A stretch of 64,000 nt of DNA from Candidatus Latescibacterota bacterium (GTDB lineage: Bacteria > Latescibacterota > UBA2968 > UBA8231), in the NCBI GenBank assembly GCA_036343635.1, contig JAYYVF010000066.1, positions 6,173 to 70,172 of the forward strand, given 5' to 3'. The translations under genes were made by a program, and so were the position numbers. Below are positions 30,013 to 39,622 of the stretch, piece after piece. The notes under the pieces were generated by a model. It was given only the letters and a program-made list of their open reading frames with translations. It ran no database searches and was not told the origin of the DNA. Positions within the stretch are counted from its first letter, which is position 1. Every line of letters starts with the position of its first letter.

Positions 30013-31059
30013 CTATAGCGTTGTTCCGCTGTCTTGGGCCCATTTGCGAATTTGTTCAAAAGTTGCATCGGCAAGTGGGATACCATCTTTAAGAGCAGAT
30101 TGACGATTACGAAACTCGATTTCTCCGGGTAATAAAATTTCCTCTATATCAGGCATACGTGGCGATTGTTTGATTGTTTGGACCATGTTTGAAATAGCTG
30201 TTTTAAATTGGGTAAGAGGCATAAATCTGCAAGGATCAATCGCCATAAAAAAGTGGCCGATACCACGTTCACGCATGTGGGAATCGACGCTCGAGCGATC
30301 TATGCCAAAATAAGGTGCTCCACCAAGCAATCCCGCCAAGATTTCTATAAATAAGGTTAGTGCGTAACCCTTATGTTCCGCTATAGGGACGATTGTGCCC
30401 TTAAGGGCAACGTTGGGATCCGTGGTTTCATTACCTTCCAAATCACGTGCTACATCGCTTGGTATTTCTTCCCCTTTGCTGGCGGCTAATTCTAGACGAC
30501 CGGCGGCAATTTTGCCTGAGGCGAAGTCTATTACGAGAGGGAATGGTTGGTCTCCTGGGACCGAGAGTGCGATAGGATTGTTACCGAAAAGAGGAAGTTT
30601 ACCACCTGTGGGAGCTAGGCGAGGACTTGCTACAGTCATACTTATACCAATCAGGTCTACTTTTTGAGCCATTCGTGCGTAGTAACCAGCTGCTCCGAAA
30701 TGACGTGAGCGAAAAGCCGTTACAGTCGCCGAACCGGCTTCAGTAGCCTTTTTTATGCAGGTTTCCATAGCAAATTTTCCGACAAGTGGTCCAAGCCCAC
30801 CGTCTCCATCGATCTTTGCCGTAGCAACGCTATCGTCCACAAGTTTTATATTAGGATTAGGGTTGGTAACACCGCTATTTAATTCTCGAACGTAGCGTCC
30901 TAAACGCAATACACCGTGGCTGTTGATGCCGCGGAGGTCGGCCTCAACAAGTGTTTCTGCAACAAATTGAGCATCCTCAACTGGAACCCCCGAAAAGGCT
31001 AAAATGTCTTTGCAAACCCTAGTAAGGTCTTCTGCTTTTATGTAGCTTGTTCTATTCAT
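30013..31059 (-). CDS. Ldh_2-family (malate/L-lactate/sulfolactate) oxidoreductase
   Basis: ADLRGINSHG, HFGAAGYY, GNNPIA, HKGYAL, LPGE. Confidence 0.88.
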   Translation of the reverse strand: MNRTSYIKAEDLTRVCKDILAFSGVPVEDAQFVAETLVEADLRGINSHGVLRLGRYVRELNSGVTNPNPNIKLVDDSVATAKIDGDGGLGPLVGKFAMETCIKKATEAGSATVTAFRSRHFGAAGYYARMAQKVDLIGISMTVASPRLAPTGGKLPLFGNNPIALSVPGDQPFPLVIDFASGKIAAGRLELAASKGEEIPSDVARDLEGNETTDPNVALKGTIVPIAEHKGYALTLFIEILAGLLGGAPYFGIDRSSVDSHMRERGIGHFFMAIDPCRFMPLTQFKTAISNMVQTIKQSPRMPDIEEILLPGEIEFRNRQSALKDGIPLADATFEQIRKWAQDSGTTL

Positions 31060-31170
31060 GGTCGGGATTGAATTGAGTTAATGTGCAACGCAGTATAAGT
31101 TTAAGTTACTCTGATTGAGTGTCAAGTTGATAGGTCGTGCTGAAAGCATCTGATTAAGCAAGTGAGATTG

Positions 31171-31893
31171 ATGGACTTAAGTATAATTGTTCCAGCTTAT
31201 AATGAAGAGAAACGCATCGGTTTCACATTGGGGAAAACCCGTGAGTTTTTAGAGCAGCGATCGTGGCGCTACGAACTTATACTCGTAGATGACGGTAGTC
31301 GGGATCAGACGGTGCAAGTTATTCAAGAAACTGCTGCGGGTTGGGATGAAATAAGGATAGTACAAAATGTTCGCAACCGTGGGAAAGGCTTTTCCGTTAG
31401 GCGTGGCCTTGAGGTGGCTCGTGGGCGATTTGTTGGTTTTATGGATGCGGATTATAAGACTGATATAAGCGCCTTAGATGAAGTCATGATTCATCTGGAG
31501 AACAATGTAGAGGCTGTCATTGGAGACCGTACGTTAAAAGCTACTGAGATTCTTGCAGGTCGTTCAGTATTAAGAGAATTTGGTTCCAAAACTTTCAAAA
31601 CCTTTCTTAGATTTCTAATGGGGATAAGGGGCTTTGAGGATACTCAGTGTGGATTTAAGTTTTTTCGTGAAGACGTAATGCGTCAAGTCTTTTCATTGCA
31701 AAAAGTTGAAGGATATATGTTTGATGTTGAGATACTGTTAATTCTTAGCCGAATGAATTCTGAAGTTAGAAAATTGCCTGTAGAGTGGTCGTATGATGCC
31801 GATAGCAGGTTCAATGTGATTTCAGGAACCTTTAAAAACTTGACGGAGCTTGCTGGCATCAGATGGCGACACCGCAATGGCCGATATGGATGA
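31171..31893 (+). CDS. GT2 polyprenyl-phosphate glycosyltransferase (Alg5/DPM-like)
   Basis: LSIIVPAYNEE, VDDGSRD, NRGKG, MDAD, DTQCGFK. Confidence 0.9.
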   Translation: MDLSIIVPAYNEEKRIGFTLGKTREFLEQRSWRYELILVDDGSRDQTVQVIQETAAGWDEIRIVQNVRNRGKGFSVRRGLEVARGRFVGFMDADYKTDISALDEVMIHLENNVEAVIGDRTLKATEILAGRSVLREFGSKTFKTFLRFLMGIRGFEDTQCGFKFFREDVMRQVFSLQKVEGYMFDVEILLILSRMNSEVRKLPVEWSYDADSRFNVISGTFKNLTELAGIRWRHRNGRYG

Positions 31894-31894
31894 A

Positions 31895-34198
31895 TTAATG
31901 TTCGATCTGCTGCATTAGTTTTGTCAAACGAAAAAGGCAGACTACAATAAAAACTTCGCGTGGTGCTCGTGTTTTTATTGTAGTCTGACAGTCATTTAGG
32001 AAGGTGTTTAAAGCAACAATAATCATATAAACGGAGAGGACTTCATAGGCTTTATTTGCTTTTCCAGAGAGACTATCTCTCACGTCACGTGTAATTTCCT
32101 TTGTTATTTGGCACATTTCTTCGATGTTTTCCTGTTCGTACGCAATGCGCAAATTGTTGCATGCATTTGTTAATTCGCTGCGGAAGGTTTTTTCTATCGC
32201 GTTAGCTTCTTCTAATTGATCACGAGTTTCGTCTATCAGATGAGTTATGGAGCTTATTCGTTCGGTATCTTCCTCAGAAAGAAGACGATAGAACTTGTTG
32301 CCTGCTCCAATGGCTCGACAAATACTGTTTAGCAACTGAAGTCGGATAGCAGGTGATTGAAAGGCTGCAATTTTTGCGAGAGTGGGCTTTACTATTCTTT
32401 GATCTTTACGAGTGCTGAGAACTCCCACCAAAGTCGGAAATGTCAAGGGGTCGAATTCACTCGTAAAATGCCAATAAAGTAGTTCATGTGTTTCTTCTCC
32501 GGAAATATTACCCAAGCCTCGAATAGCACTAATTCTCACTCGAAGATCTGAGTCGGAGAGGGCTTCGACTAGTGGATCGATGCTTGAGTGATGTCCTAAT
32601 CTTCCTAGTGCTTCGGCGGCTTCACCTCTGATATCTGAACTGCCATCACTTAATTCTCGTAGAAGGGGATTCAAAGCTCCGTCCACACCGCTTTCTCCGA
32701 GAGCGGTAGCGGCACTTCGACGGACGAGTGGACTTGCATCAGCAAGCGCTTCGACTAATTGTTCGATCGCAAGCGGGTTGCCTGAACGTCCTAAAGCTTC
32801 GGCTGCACGAGCGCGAGTTCGTTCTCCATGGGCGATATTAAATATCGTAGCGTTGTATGCGTAACTGAGAACATTTCCACGACGCATCTGTGAAAGAAGT
32901 TCGCGGGATCGAATATGTTTTGAATCTTGTACACGTTGTAAAAGAATAAAAGAAATGAAACAACATATCGAGCTTAATCCAAACAGGACTTGAAGATTAC
33001 CTATCGGAAAACCGAAGATGAGAATGGAAAAATCGATTAATCTGCTGGAAAGAAAACTTCCGACTAAAGTACCCAGTGCACCCATTAAATTTACAGCTAC
33101 AGACCAGGCGGCCAAATAAACTGTACGTTTTGGTCCTTGAGGGAGTAGTTGGAATAGCAAAGGATTTACACCTATACCAATCCCAGAGTAAAAAATGCCA
33201 CTTAGTACTAAGGCGACCGGAACCAGAAAGTAATGCCCAGGTTCGTTAAATATCCACAAAATGGGTATAGCAGAGGCAGGTATTATTAGTAACTGTAACA
33301 CCGCTTTACTACCAAAACGATCTATTAATACAGACCAAACCCTATAACCCAATATGCTGGTTGCCATAAAAAGTCCATTAAAAATTGATATTTCTGTATA
33401 ACTAATCTTCAAACGATCGAGCATGAAGACACTGTAAAGAGGTCCCGCTAATCCTTGGCCAAACGTCCAAAACCCGAAAAAGAGAATGGCTAAAACAAAT
33501 TTTATATTTTTAAACGGAATGATTAAATCACTTATGTGTGCTGTTTCGCTATCGGTTTTGGAGCCTAATGGAAAGGGGGCGCGCAACAGGCTAAAGTAAC
33601 CTAATAAACCGAAGATGGTTCCCAGTAGAAAAACCCAAGCAAAAGCCCAGATACGACTGTCTTCACTGGACAAGTCAAGAAATTGACCAATAGCAAAACC
33701 GGAAAGCATAGCAACGACAGTACTAATAATAGTTTGTTTGCCAGTATAGCGTGCTCTTATTGCTTCTGGGACAGCACGAGAGATCCACGTATTGTAGATA
33801 GGTCCGACAAGATTTCCACAAAATAAACTGATTATTATTGCTCCGACCATTGCAACGAGACGAAGACTTTCGGGAAGTACAAAGTAGATAAGGATTGGAG
33901 CGCATCTGAATAGTATTTCAATGAAACCAAAACCGATAATAATGCGTTTGTGTTCATGGACTTTTGAACTTAAGAATGGTGAAAGTAATTGAGTCAGAGT
34001 TAACAGATATGCCAAAGAAGTAAATAGGGCAACGAGTGATTCATCACCACCGACATGAAGAATGAATCCGGTAAATGCAGTGGTACCAAAGCCAACGGCT
34101 TGTCCCCAAGCTCCCCAAAGGCCGCTTGCGACTACAAAGGAATGCATTGCGCGGTTACTTTGGCCTCGACTTAGATTTGGTGGGGAGTCATCGGTCAC
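31895..34198 (-). CDS. MFS transporter fused to HEAT/PBS-lyase repeats
   Basis: About 12 hydrophobic segments, then repeats of RxxAAxALGx.G...LVEALxD. Confidence 0.82.
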   Translation of the reverse strand: MTDDSPPNLSRGQSNRAMHSFVVASGLWGAWGQAVGFGTTAFTGFILHVGGDESLVALFTSLAYLLTLTQLLSPFLSSKVHEHKRIIIGFGFIEILFRCAPILIYFVLPESLRLVAMVGAIIISLFCGNLVGPIYNTWISRAVPEAIRARYTGKQTIISTVVAMLSGFAIGQFLDLSSEDSRIWAFAWVFLLGTIFGLLGYFSLLRAPFPLGSKTDSETAHISDLIIPFKNIKFVLAILFFGFWTFGQGLAGPLYSVFMLDRLKISYTEISIFNGLFMATSILGYRVWSVLIDRFGSKAVLQLLIIPASAIPILWIFNEPGHYFLVPVALVLSGIFYSGIGIGVNPLLFQLLPQGPKRTVYLAAWSVAVNLMGALGTLVGSFLSSRLIDFSILIFGFPIGNLQVLFGLSSICCFISFILLQRVQDSKHIRSRELLSQMRRGNVLSYAYNATIFNIAHGERTRARAAEALGRSGNPLAIEQLVEALADASPLVRRSAATALGESGVDGALNPLLRELSDGSSDIRGEAAEALGRLGHHSSIDPLVEALSDSDLRVRISAIRGLGNISGEETHELLYWHFTSEFDPLTFPTLVGVLSTRKDQRIVKPTLAKIAAFQSPAIRLQLLNSICRAIGAGNKFYRLLSEEDTERISSITHLIDETRDQLEEANAIEKTFRSELTNACNNLRIAYEQENIEEMCQITKEITRDVRDSLSGKANKAYEVLSVYMIIVALNTFLNDCQTTIKTRAPREVFIVVCLFRLTKLMQQIEH

Positions 34199-34340
34199 TG
34201 TAGTAGATTTTTTTTCTGCGTAAAAGTTTCTGGTTGTTCAAAAAGAAAAAGTAAAAGCATTTTCCACAAAGTTTACTATCATTTTAAGATAACTTTCAGG
34301 AGAATTAAGATATGTTCGTAGTTGCTAATACAATTAGAAG

Positions 34341-35339
34341 TCAATTTTCCCCGGCTATAATTTGGATAGCGTCGTTCAAAGGCTTTTCTAGTCGAGCGCC
34401 GTATTGCTTTACGATCTGCGCTGCGGCGTAATTCCCAAGATATCCTGATTGATTTTCATCAAAAGAATGGGTAAGTCCATATAGTACGCCTCCGGCGAAC
34501 ATGTCTCCAGCTCCATTGGTATCAATTGCTTCTACAGAAAATCCTTCAATTTTATTCAATTTTGAATTACAAACCAGCAACGCACCATTTGCTCCGCAAG
34601 TTACGTAGGAAATTGGGGCAATCTTGCCCAAAGCGCTCGCGGCCTTTTCGCGTTGAGATTCGTTAGTGAGACTTGTCGCTTCTTGTTCGTTGCAAAATAG
34701 TAGATCTACCCCATTATTGAGAAGATAGGAGAAACGGTCTGAAAAAGTGGAAACCATGAACGGATCACTTAGTGTGATGGATACTTTCTTTTTGTATTTT
34801 CTGGCTAATTTTTGAGCTTTAAGGCAAGCCTCAAATCCATTCTCTGAGCTTAATAAATAGCCTTCTAGGTAAACGTAGTTACATTCAGTTATGCGATGTT
34901 CGTCAATTTGGTCGGGATTGATACTTTCGCTTACCCCCAATGAAGTAAGGAGTGTCCGGTCCGCGTCTGGCGTAATGAGGACGACACATCGTCCCGTGGT
35001 ACCTTTTACCCGATGTAACTCCGAAGTTGATACACCGGCCTTCCGTAAATCTTTTTGATAAAAGCTGCCCATTTCATCTTGTCCGGTTAAACAAGAATAG
35101 AATGTTTTACCGCCAAACATGGCTACACCGATCATGGTATTTGCGGCAGATCCACCCGAAGACGAAGCAATAGGTTGGCTATCGATCTGGTCTATAAGTG
35201 CTGACTGTTTCTGATTGTCGACAAGTGACATTACGCCTTTTGCGACACCTAATTTGATAAGCTTTTCTGTTTGGATCCTATATTGGAGGTCTACAAGTGC
35301 ATGTCCAACACCGTACACATCTAGTTGAACTGAAGGCAT
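34341..35339 (-). CDS. PfkB-family adenosine/sugar kinase
   Basis: GHALVD, SGGSAANT, DTNGAGDMFAGG. ATG at 35339 follows an AGGAAGAGG RBS. Confidence 0.9.
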   Translation of the reverse strand: MPSVQLDVYGVGHALVDLQYRIQTEKLIKLGVAKGVMSLVDNQKQSALIDQIDSQPIASSSGGSAANTMIGVAMFGGKTFYSCLTGQDEMGSFYQKDLRKAGVSTSELHRVKGTTGRCVVLITPDADRTLLTSLGVSESINPDQIDEHRITECNYVYLEGYLLSSENGFEACLKAQKLARKYKKKVSITLSDPFMVSTFSDRFSYLLNNGVDLLFCNEQEATSLTNESQREKAASALGKIAPISYVTCGANGALLVCNSKLNKIEGFSVEAIDTNGAGDMFAGGVLYGLTHSFDENQSGYLGNYAAAQIVKQYGARLEKPLNDAIQIIAGEN

Positions 35340-35564
35340 CCTCTTCCTTTCGAAATAAGCAAAACATGAATTAAAGATAATGAGCGAACTGATTATGGAC
35401 AAAACGTGGCTACCCGACGGGCTATTGATTATATTATCAGCTTAAATTAATGTTATTAGTAATTTTGAGGGCTAAATGTCTCTTTGGCTACTACGTTTCA
35501 CAGGTTGAATAAATTTATAGTATGGCAAAAAAATTCTCTCAAACTTTTCAAAGGAGGTTTTGTT

Positions 35565-36086
35565 ATCGCAACGAAGGAAAATACTTTTACACGTGTTAAT
35601 GAAGAAATTCGTGTCTCGGAAGTTCGATTAATAGGTGCTGATGGAGAACAGGTTGGTGTAGTAGAAACTTCCAAAGCCATGGAAATAGCAGATGAAGTTG
35701 AGTTGGATTTAGTCGAAATTGCGCCAGATGCCAAGCCACCTGTTTGTCGAATTGTGGACTATGGGAAATTTCGCTACGATAAAGAAAAAAAGGCCAAAGA
35801 GGCACGGAAGCGCCAAAAAAATGTTCAGATGAAAGGTATTCGCATCGCGGGTGCTAATATATCTGATCACGATCTGGAATATCGTGTTTCGCATATTCGT
35901 GAGTTCATAGAAAAAGGAAACAGGGTAAAAGTGAGTGTCCGATTTCGTGGGAGGCAGATGGCATATCAAGAGAAAGGACGCGAATTGTTGGGAACTCTAG
36001 CTAATAAGATCGAAGATATCGCTGTGGTAGATCAAGAGCCTAGGATGGAAGGTCGTGAAATGTCCTTAATCTTGCGTCCTGCTTAA
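35565..36086 (+). CDS. infC: Translation initiation factor IF-3, probable ATC start
   Basis: RVNEEIR...EVRLIG, LDLVEIAP.AKPPVCRIVDYGKF, FRGRQ. AAGGAGG lies 7 nt before the ATC. Confidence 0.95.
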   Translation: MATKENTFTRVNEEIRVSEVRLIGADGEQVGVVETSKAMEIADEVELDLVEIAPDAKPPVCRIVDYGKFRYDKEKKAKEARKRQKNVQMKGIRIAGANISDHDLEYRVSHIREFIEKGNRVKVSVRFRGRQMAYQEKGRELLGTLANKIEDIAVVDQEPRMEGREMSLILRPA

Positions 36087-36156
36087 GTTAGAATTTGTAG
36101 ATTATAACTTATAATTTCTAAGTCGATCGTAATTGTTTAAAGGCTTGTGGTTGCCT

Positions 36157-37032
36157 TTATTGTGCTTTTATCTCAAAATCTTTAGCGCCGCCTAAGCCTG
36201 CTATTACAGGAAAAGATCGAGAGCGGGGCATACCGTCTTGTGGTATGTAGCGAACTTGAGGGTTGAAATAGGCATAAAGAGCGGTATTTCGAGAATGTTC
36301 TGAACTGTTTGGACCGGAACCGTGAATGAGTTTACTGTGGAAAAAAAGTGCGGATCCAGGAAGTAGCGGTACTTCAAGCTGATTTGGGTCGTTGGTCTTT
36401 TGAGATTCGGGCGATTTTGAATTGGGTGGTTTGGCTATATGCCCCCATTCCTTTAATTCAGAAAGATGACTTCCAGGGAGAACTTTTATACAACCGTTGT
36501 CTACCGTGCTTTCGTCGATTGCAATACTGACAGTGACGAGATTCGGCGGGTCGATAGGCCAGTACGCTCCGTCTTGATGAAAAGCGTGTTCAGATCCATG
36601 AAGTGCCGGTTTGAGCATGAGAGTACTCCTGAACAAGATTAGATCTGGGCCGAGCAATTCTTTGACTATGGAAACTATAGATTCATGCCGCGCCAACTGA
36701 AAGAATAGTTCAGAGTGGTTCTGCGTATTTTCTATTTTTCGTAATACCGGTGATTTTACTTTTTGGTTTGATTTTTCTAAATAAGGTTCGATTTGAAAAT
36801 CGCTGTCTTCAATCGCACTGGATTTTATAAGAAGGTTTGCCGTCTGGTGCAAAGTGTTTATTTCCCGTCGACACTTGATGATTTCGTTTTCGTTAAGCAG
36901 GTTCTTGCCAATCAGGTAGCCATTTCTTTCGAAAAGATTTTTTTTTGAATGCGTATAATTCAATTTCTTACCTCCGAGTTTGAGAGGCTGCTTAGTACGT
37001 TTATAGGTAAAGTCTGAGGTATTGTATGTCAA
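36157..37032 (-). CDS. Phytanoyl-CoA dioxygenase (PhyH)-family Fe(II)/2OG oxygenase
   Basis: HQDGAYW, DNGCIKVLPGSH, HGSGPNSS..R. Start is uncertain. Confidence 0.88.
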   Translation of the reverse strand: MTYNTSDFTYKRTKQPLKLGGKKLNYTHSKKNLFERNGYLIGKNLLNENEIIKCRREINTLHQTANLLIKSSAIEDSDFQIEPYLEKSNQKVKSPVLRKIENTQNHSELFFQLARHESIVSIVKELLGPDLILFRSTLMLKPALHGSEHAFHQDGAYWPIDPPNLVTVSIAIDESTVDNGCIKVLPGSHLSELKEWGHIAKPPNSKSPESQKTNDPNQLEVPLLPGSALFFHSKLIHGSGPNSSEHSRNTALYAYFNPQVRYIPQDGMPRSRSFPVIAGLGGAKDFEIKAQ

Positions 37033-37062
37033 TAGGTTATAGGAGGAAAATATAGTTTAAGT

Positions 37063-38760
37063 ATGCATCAAATATTCCCTTTTTTAAATTGGCTTCCCGA
37101 TTTAAGGAGTCGTAAAACCTTGGTTGCCGATTTAGTGGCTGGATCGACAGTTGCCATGGTTATCATACCGCAGTCTATGGCTTACGCGGATTTGGCTAAT
37201 TTACCTCACATATATGGTCTTTATGCTGCGTGTGTTGGGCCAGCTATTGCTGCACTTTTTGGATCATCTCGCCATTTGGCTACTGGTCCGGTTGCGATGG
37301 CCTCCTTAATCAGTGCCGCTACTGTACAGAGCGTAGTTCCGAAAGGCAGCGATTTGTTTATAGATTATGCTTTGTTATTAGCCCTTTTAGTTGGCATACT
37401 GCGATTGTTAATGGGATTAATTCGGCTTGGTTCTTTAGTAGACCTTTTGTCTGTGCCAGTAATTGCGGGTTTTACGAATGCAGCAGCGTTAATTATAGCC
37501 ACGTCTCAGTTGGATAAAATATTCGGAGTTGCTCCATCTGATATTGAACCACATATGGTAGGGGTTTTTGACGTGTTATGGCGCGCTATGAATCAAAGCC
37601 AAGGGAGTACGATCCTGATTGCTATTTGTGCGGTTGCAGTTATGTTGGTTTTGCGTTACCATTCGCCTCGTTGGCCAGATGTCCTTATTGCCGCGATTGT
37701 CACATCCGTCGGTTCATGGTATTTAGGTTACGGCGGAAAGGTCATTGGAGTTGTGCCAGCTGGTTTGCCTGAATTTAAATGGCCAATGTTTTCGCTTGAT
37801 GCAGCTGTAGCATTGCTACCGGGTGCGTGTGTTTTGACTATGGTTGGCCTGATGGAGGCTATGGCAATTGCTAAAACCATTGCAACTGAGTCGAAGCAGG
37901 AGATTGATACGAATCTCGAATTATACGGACAGGGTTTGGCTAACATTGTGGGCAGTTTTTTCAGTAGTTTTGTTGTATCTGGTTCATTCTCTCGATCGGC
38001 TATTAATTTTCGAAGTGGGGCTCAAACAGGCTTCAGCTCTTTAGTGACGAGTGTATTGGTGGCTTTTGTTTTAATGTGGTTTACTCCAATTCTTCATTAT
38101 TTACCTCAGGCGACTCTTGCAGCAATTATATGCCTTTCTGTCGTGAATTTGATTCGTGTAACCCCATTAATACAGTCTTGGCAGGTGCATTGGCAAGATG
38201 GTGCCATAGGTGTAATTACATTTTTTACTACTTTAATATGGGCACCTAATTTACAAGTTGGAATTGGTTTGGGTGTTGGCCTTTCCCTTGTTTTAAACCT
38301 CTATCGAACTATGCGTCCCAATGTGGTGTTTCTAACTCGACATTCTGATGACATGTTAGGCCCTGCGACCTTGGACGAACTGGATCCAGACTTAAAGGTA
38401 GTTATAATGCGTTTTGATGGAAGATTGTATTTTGGCTCAAGTCGTTATTTTGAAGATAGAGTATTAGATGTTGTGGCTCATGTTCGTGAACTACGTTTCC
38501 TTGTTATTGATGCAGGTGGAATAAATTATATAGATGCCACTGGAACCAACACGCTAATTACAGTCATAGAAAGACTAAAATCAGCCGGAATCGAAGTACA
38601 TTTCTCTAGAATTAAAGAACAGGTTCGAAATGCAATGGAGCGTTGTGGAATCTCTGAACAGACTGAAAGCAGGCGATTTTTTCGATGGAATCAACATGCT
38701 TTAGAATTCATAGGGGCTAGAATAGCTCACGAAGATAGTAAACCGCCAGATTCAGATTAA
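37063..38760 (+). CDS. SulP-family anion transporter with a STAS domain
   Basis: PQSMAYA, GLYAA, FGSS..LATGP, GSFSRSA, C-terminal STAS (YIDATG). Confidence 0.92.
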   Translation: MHQIFPFLNWLPDLRSRKTLVADLVAGSTVAMVIIPQSMAYADLANLPHIYGLYAACVGPAIAALFGSSRHLATGPVAMASLISAATVQSVVPKGSDLFIDYALLLALLVGILRLLMGLIRLGSLVDLLSVPVIAGFTNAAALIIATSQLDKIFGVAPSDIEPHMVGVFDVLWRAMNQSQGSTILIAICAVAVMLVLRYHSPRWPDVLIAAIVTSVGSWYLGYGGKVIGVVPAGLPEFKWPMFSLDAAVALLPGACVLTMVGLMEAMAIAKTIATESKQEIDTNLELYGQGLANIVGSFFSSFVVSGSFSRSAINFRSGAQTGFSSLVTSVLVAFVLMWFTPILHYLPQATLAAIICLSVVNLIRVTPLIQSWQVHWQDGAIGVITFFTTLIWAPNLQVGIGLGVGLSLVLNLYRTMRPNVVFLTRHSDDMLGPATLDELDPDLKVVIMRFDGRLYFGSSRYFEDRVLDVVAHVRELRFLVIDAGGINYIDATGTNTLITVIERLKSAGIEVHFSRIKEQVRNAMERCGISEQTESRRFFRWNQHALEFIGARIAHEDSKPPDSD

Positions 38761-38776
38761 TAGACTTTCTTGAATT

Positions 38777-39106
38777 TTAGAATCGTGGCTCGGAGGGTGA
38801 GGAATCATCATCATTTTGTCCCTTATTCAGCTGTTCTTTGATCGAGGCTACTTTAGCATCGGCCTCGGTTACAAGAGCCTCTTTTTGCTCTCGAGCTTCT
38901 AATACCTCTTCAGCAATATCAAGGGCAGCAAGAATCGCAATGTCTAATACATTACGATGCCGCCCAGCATTTTCTGCAGCCGTTCGCATCTTTTTATCAA
39001 GGTAATCTGCTGCTTGCTTAATATATTCTGTATCTCGCTTTTCGCTAGTAGCTAGGTGAAACTTTTTATTGAATATTTCTACGGCAACCGCTTTTTCCTT
39101 TGTCAT
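38777..39106 (-). CDS. zapA: Cell division protein ZapA
   Basis: VEIFNKKF...YIKQAADYLDKKM...IAILAALDIAEE pattern. Confidence 0.8.
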   Translation of the reverse strand: MTKEKAVAVEIFNKKFHLATSEKRDTEYIKQAADYLDKKMRTAAENAGRHRNVLDIAILAALDIAEEVLEAREQKEALVTEADAKVASIKEQLNKGQNDDDSSPSEPRF

Positions 39107-39149
39107 TGGATGCCCTCTAAGAGCTTCGGTAAATGTGAGATTTTATTTT

Positions 39150-39280
39150 TGGTGTAAGCCACCGCAGAAGTAAGTTACGATATGGTTTTCTTTGCGGCCA
39201 AATAAGCGCGCAAAGTGGAGGCCTCCGTGATCTCCCCTAGTCCCGGAAGCCCCCTCTTTTGCGCGCTTTGCGCGCCACCA
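39150..39280 (-). ncRNA. Candidate structured RNA (zapA leader or sRNA), family unknown
   Basis: GC-rich island with a long hairpin, a second hairpin and a TGGTG/CACCA closing stem, immediately downstream of a sigma70-like promoter. Confidence 0.45.
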
Positions 39281-39296
39281 TATGGTTATAAAGGTC

Positions 39297-39325
39297 AATA
39301 TATTGTGGTCATATAGTTTTGTCAA
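39297..39325 (-). promoter_or_regulatory. Putative sigma70 promoter for the structured element and zapA
   Basis: Minus strand TTGACA-N17-TATATT. Confidence 0.65.
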
Positions 39326-39532
39326 CTATATGTTGTAGCTTTTTAGCTCGTAATGTTGTCTATGTGCAAGAAAAAACTCGTTGTATGTTGAAGTTGGCAT
39401 TGGGTTTAGTCGGTCGAATATTGTAGGAGGTTTTACTATTCACATTGTGTCGGTTACTTAAATCACAGAAGTTACTATTTTAGAATTAAAACTAGGATTT
39501 TAGAGTAACAAAACGCTATTTTTTAAAAATAT

Positions 39533-39561
39533 TTGACGGCGAATTACAAGCACTCTAAATT
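39533..39561 (+). promoter_or_regulatory. Putative sigma70 promoter of the FAD oxidoreductase
   Basis: TTGACG-N17-TAAATT. Confidence 0.5.
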
Positions 39562-39622
39562 TTTATAAATACCTGCTCATCTTGCATCATAACTATTTTA
39601 TTTTCAAAGGATTAAACTCCCG

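Noticed and set aside
39150-39280. tRNA, tmRNA or SRP identity for the structured element (it ends in CACCA on both strands)
   Set aside because: No T-loop GTTCRA, no cloverleaf and no SRP CAGG/GNRA/AGCA motif. The CACCA ends come from a short terminal inverted repeat.
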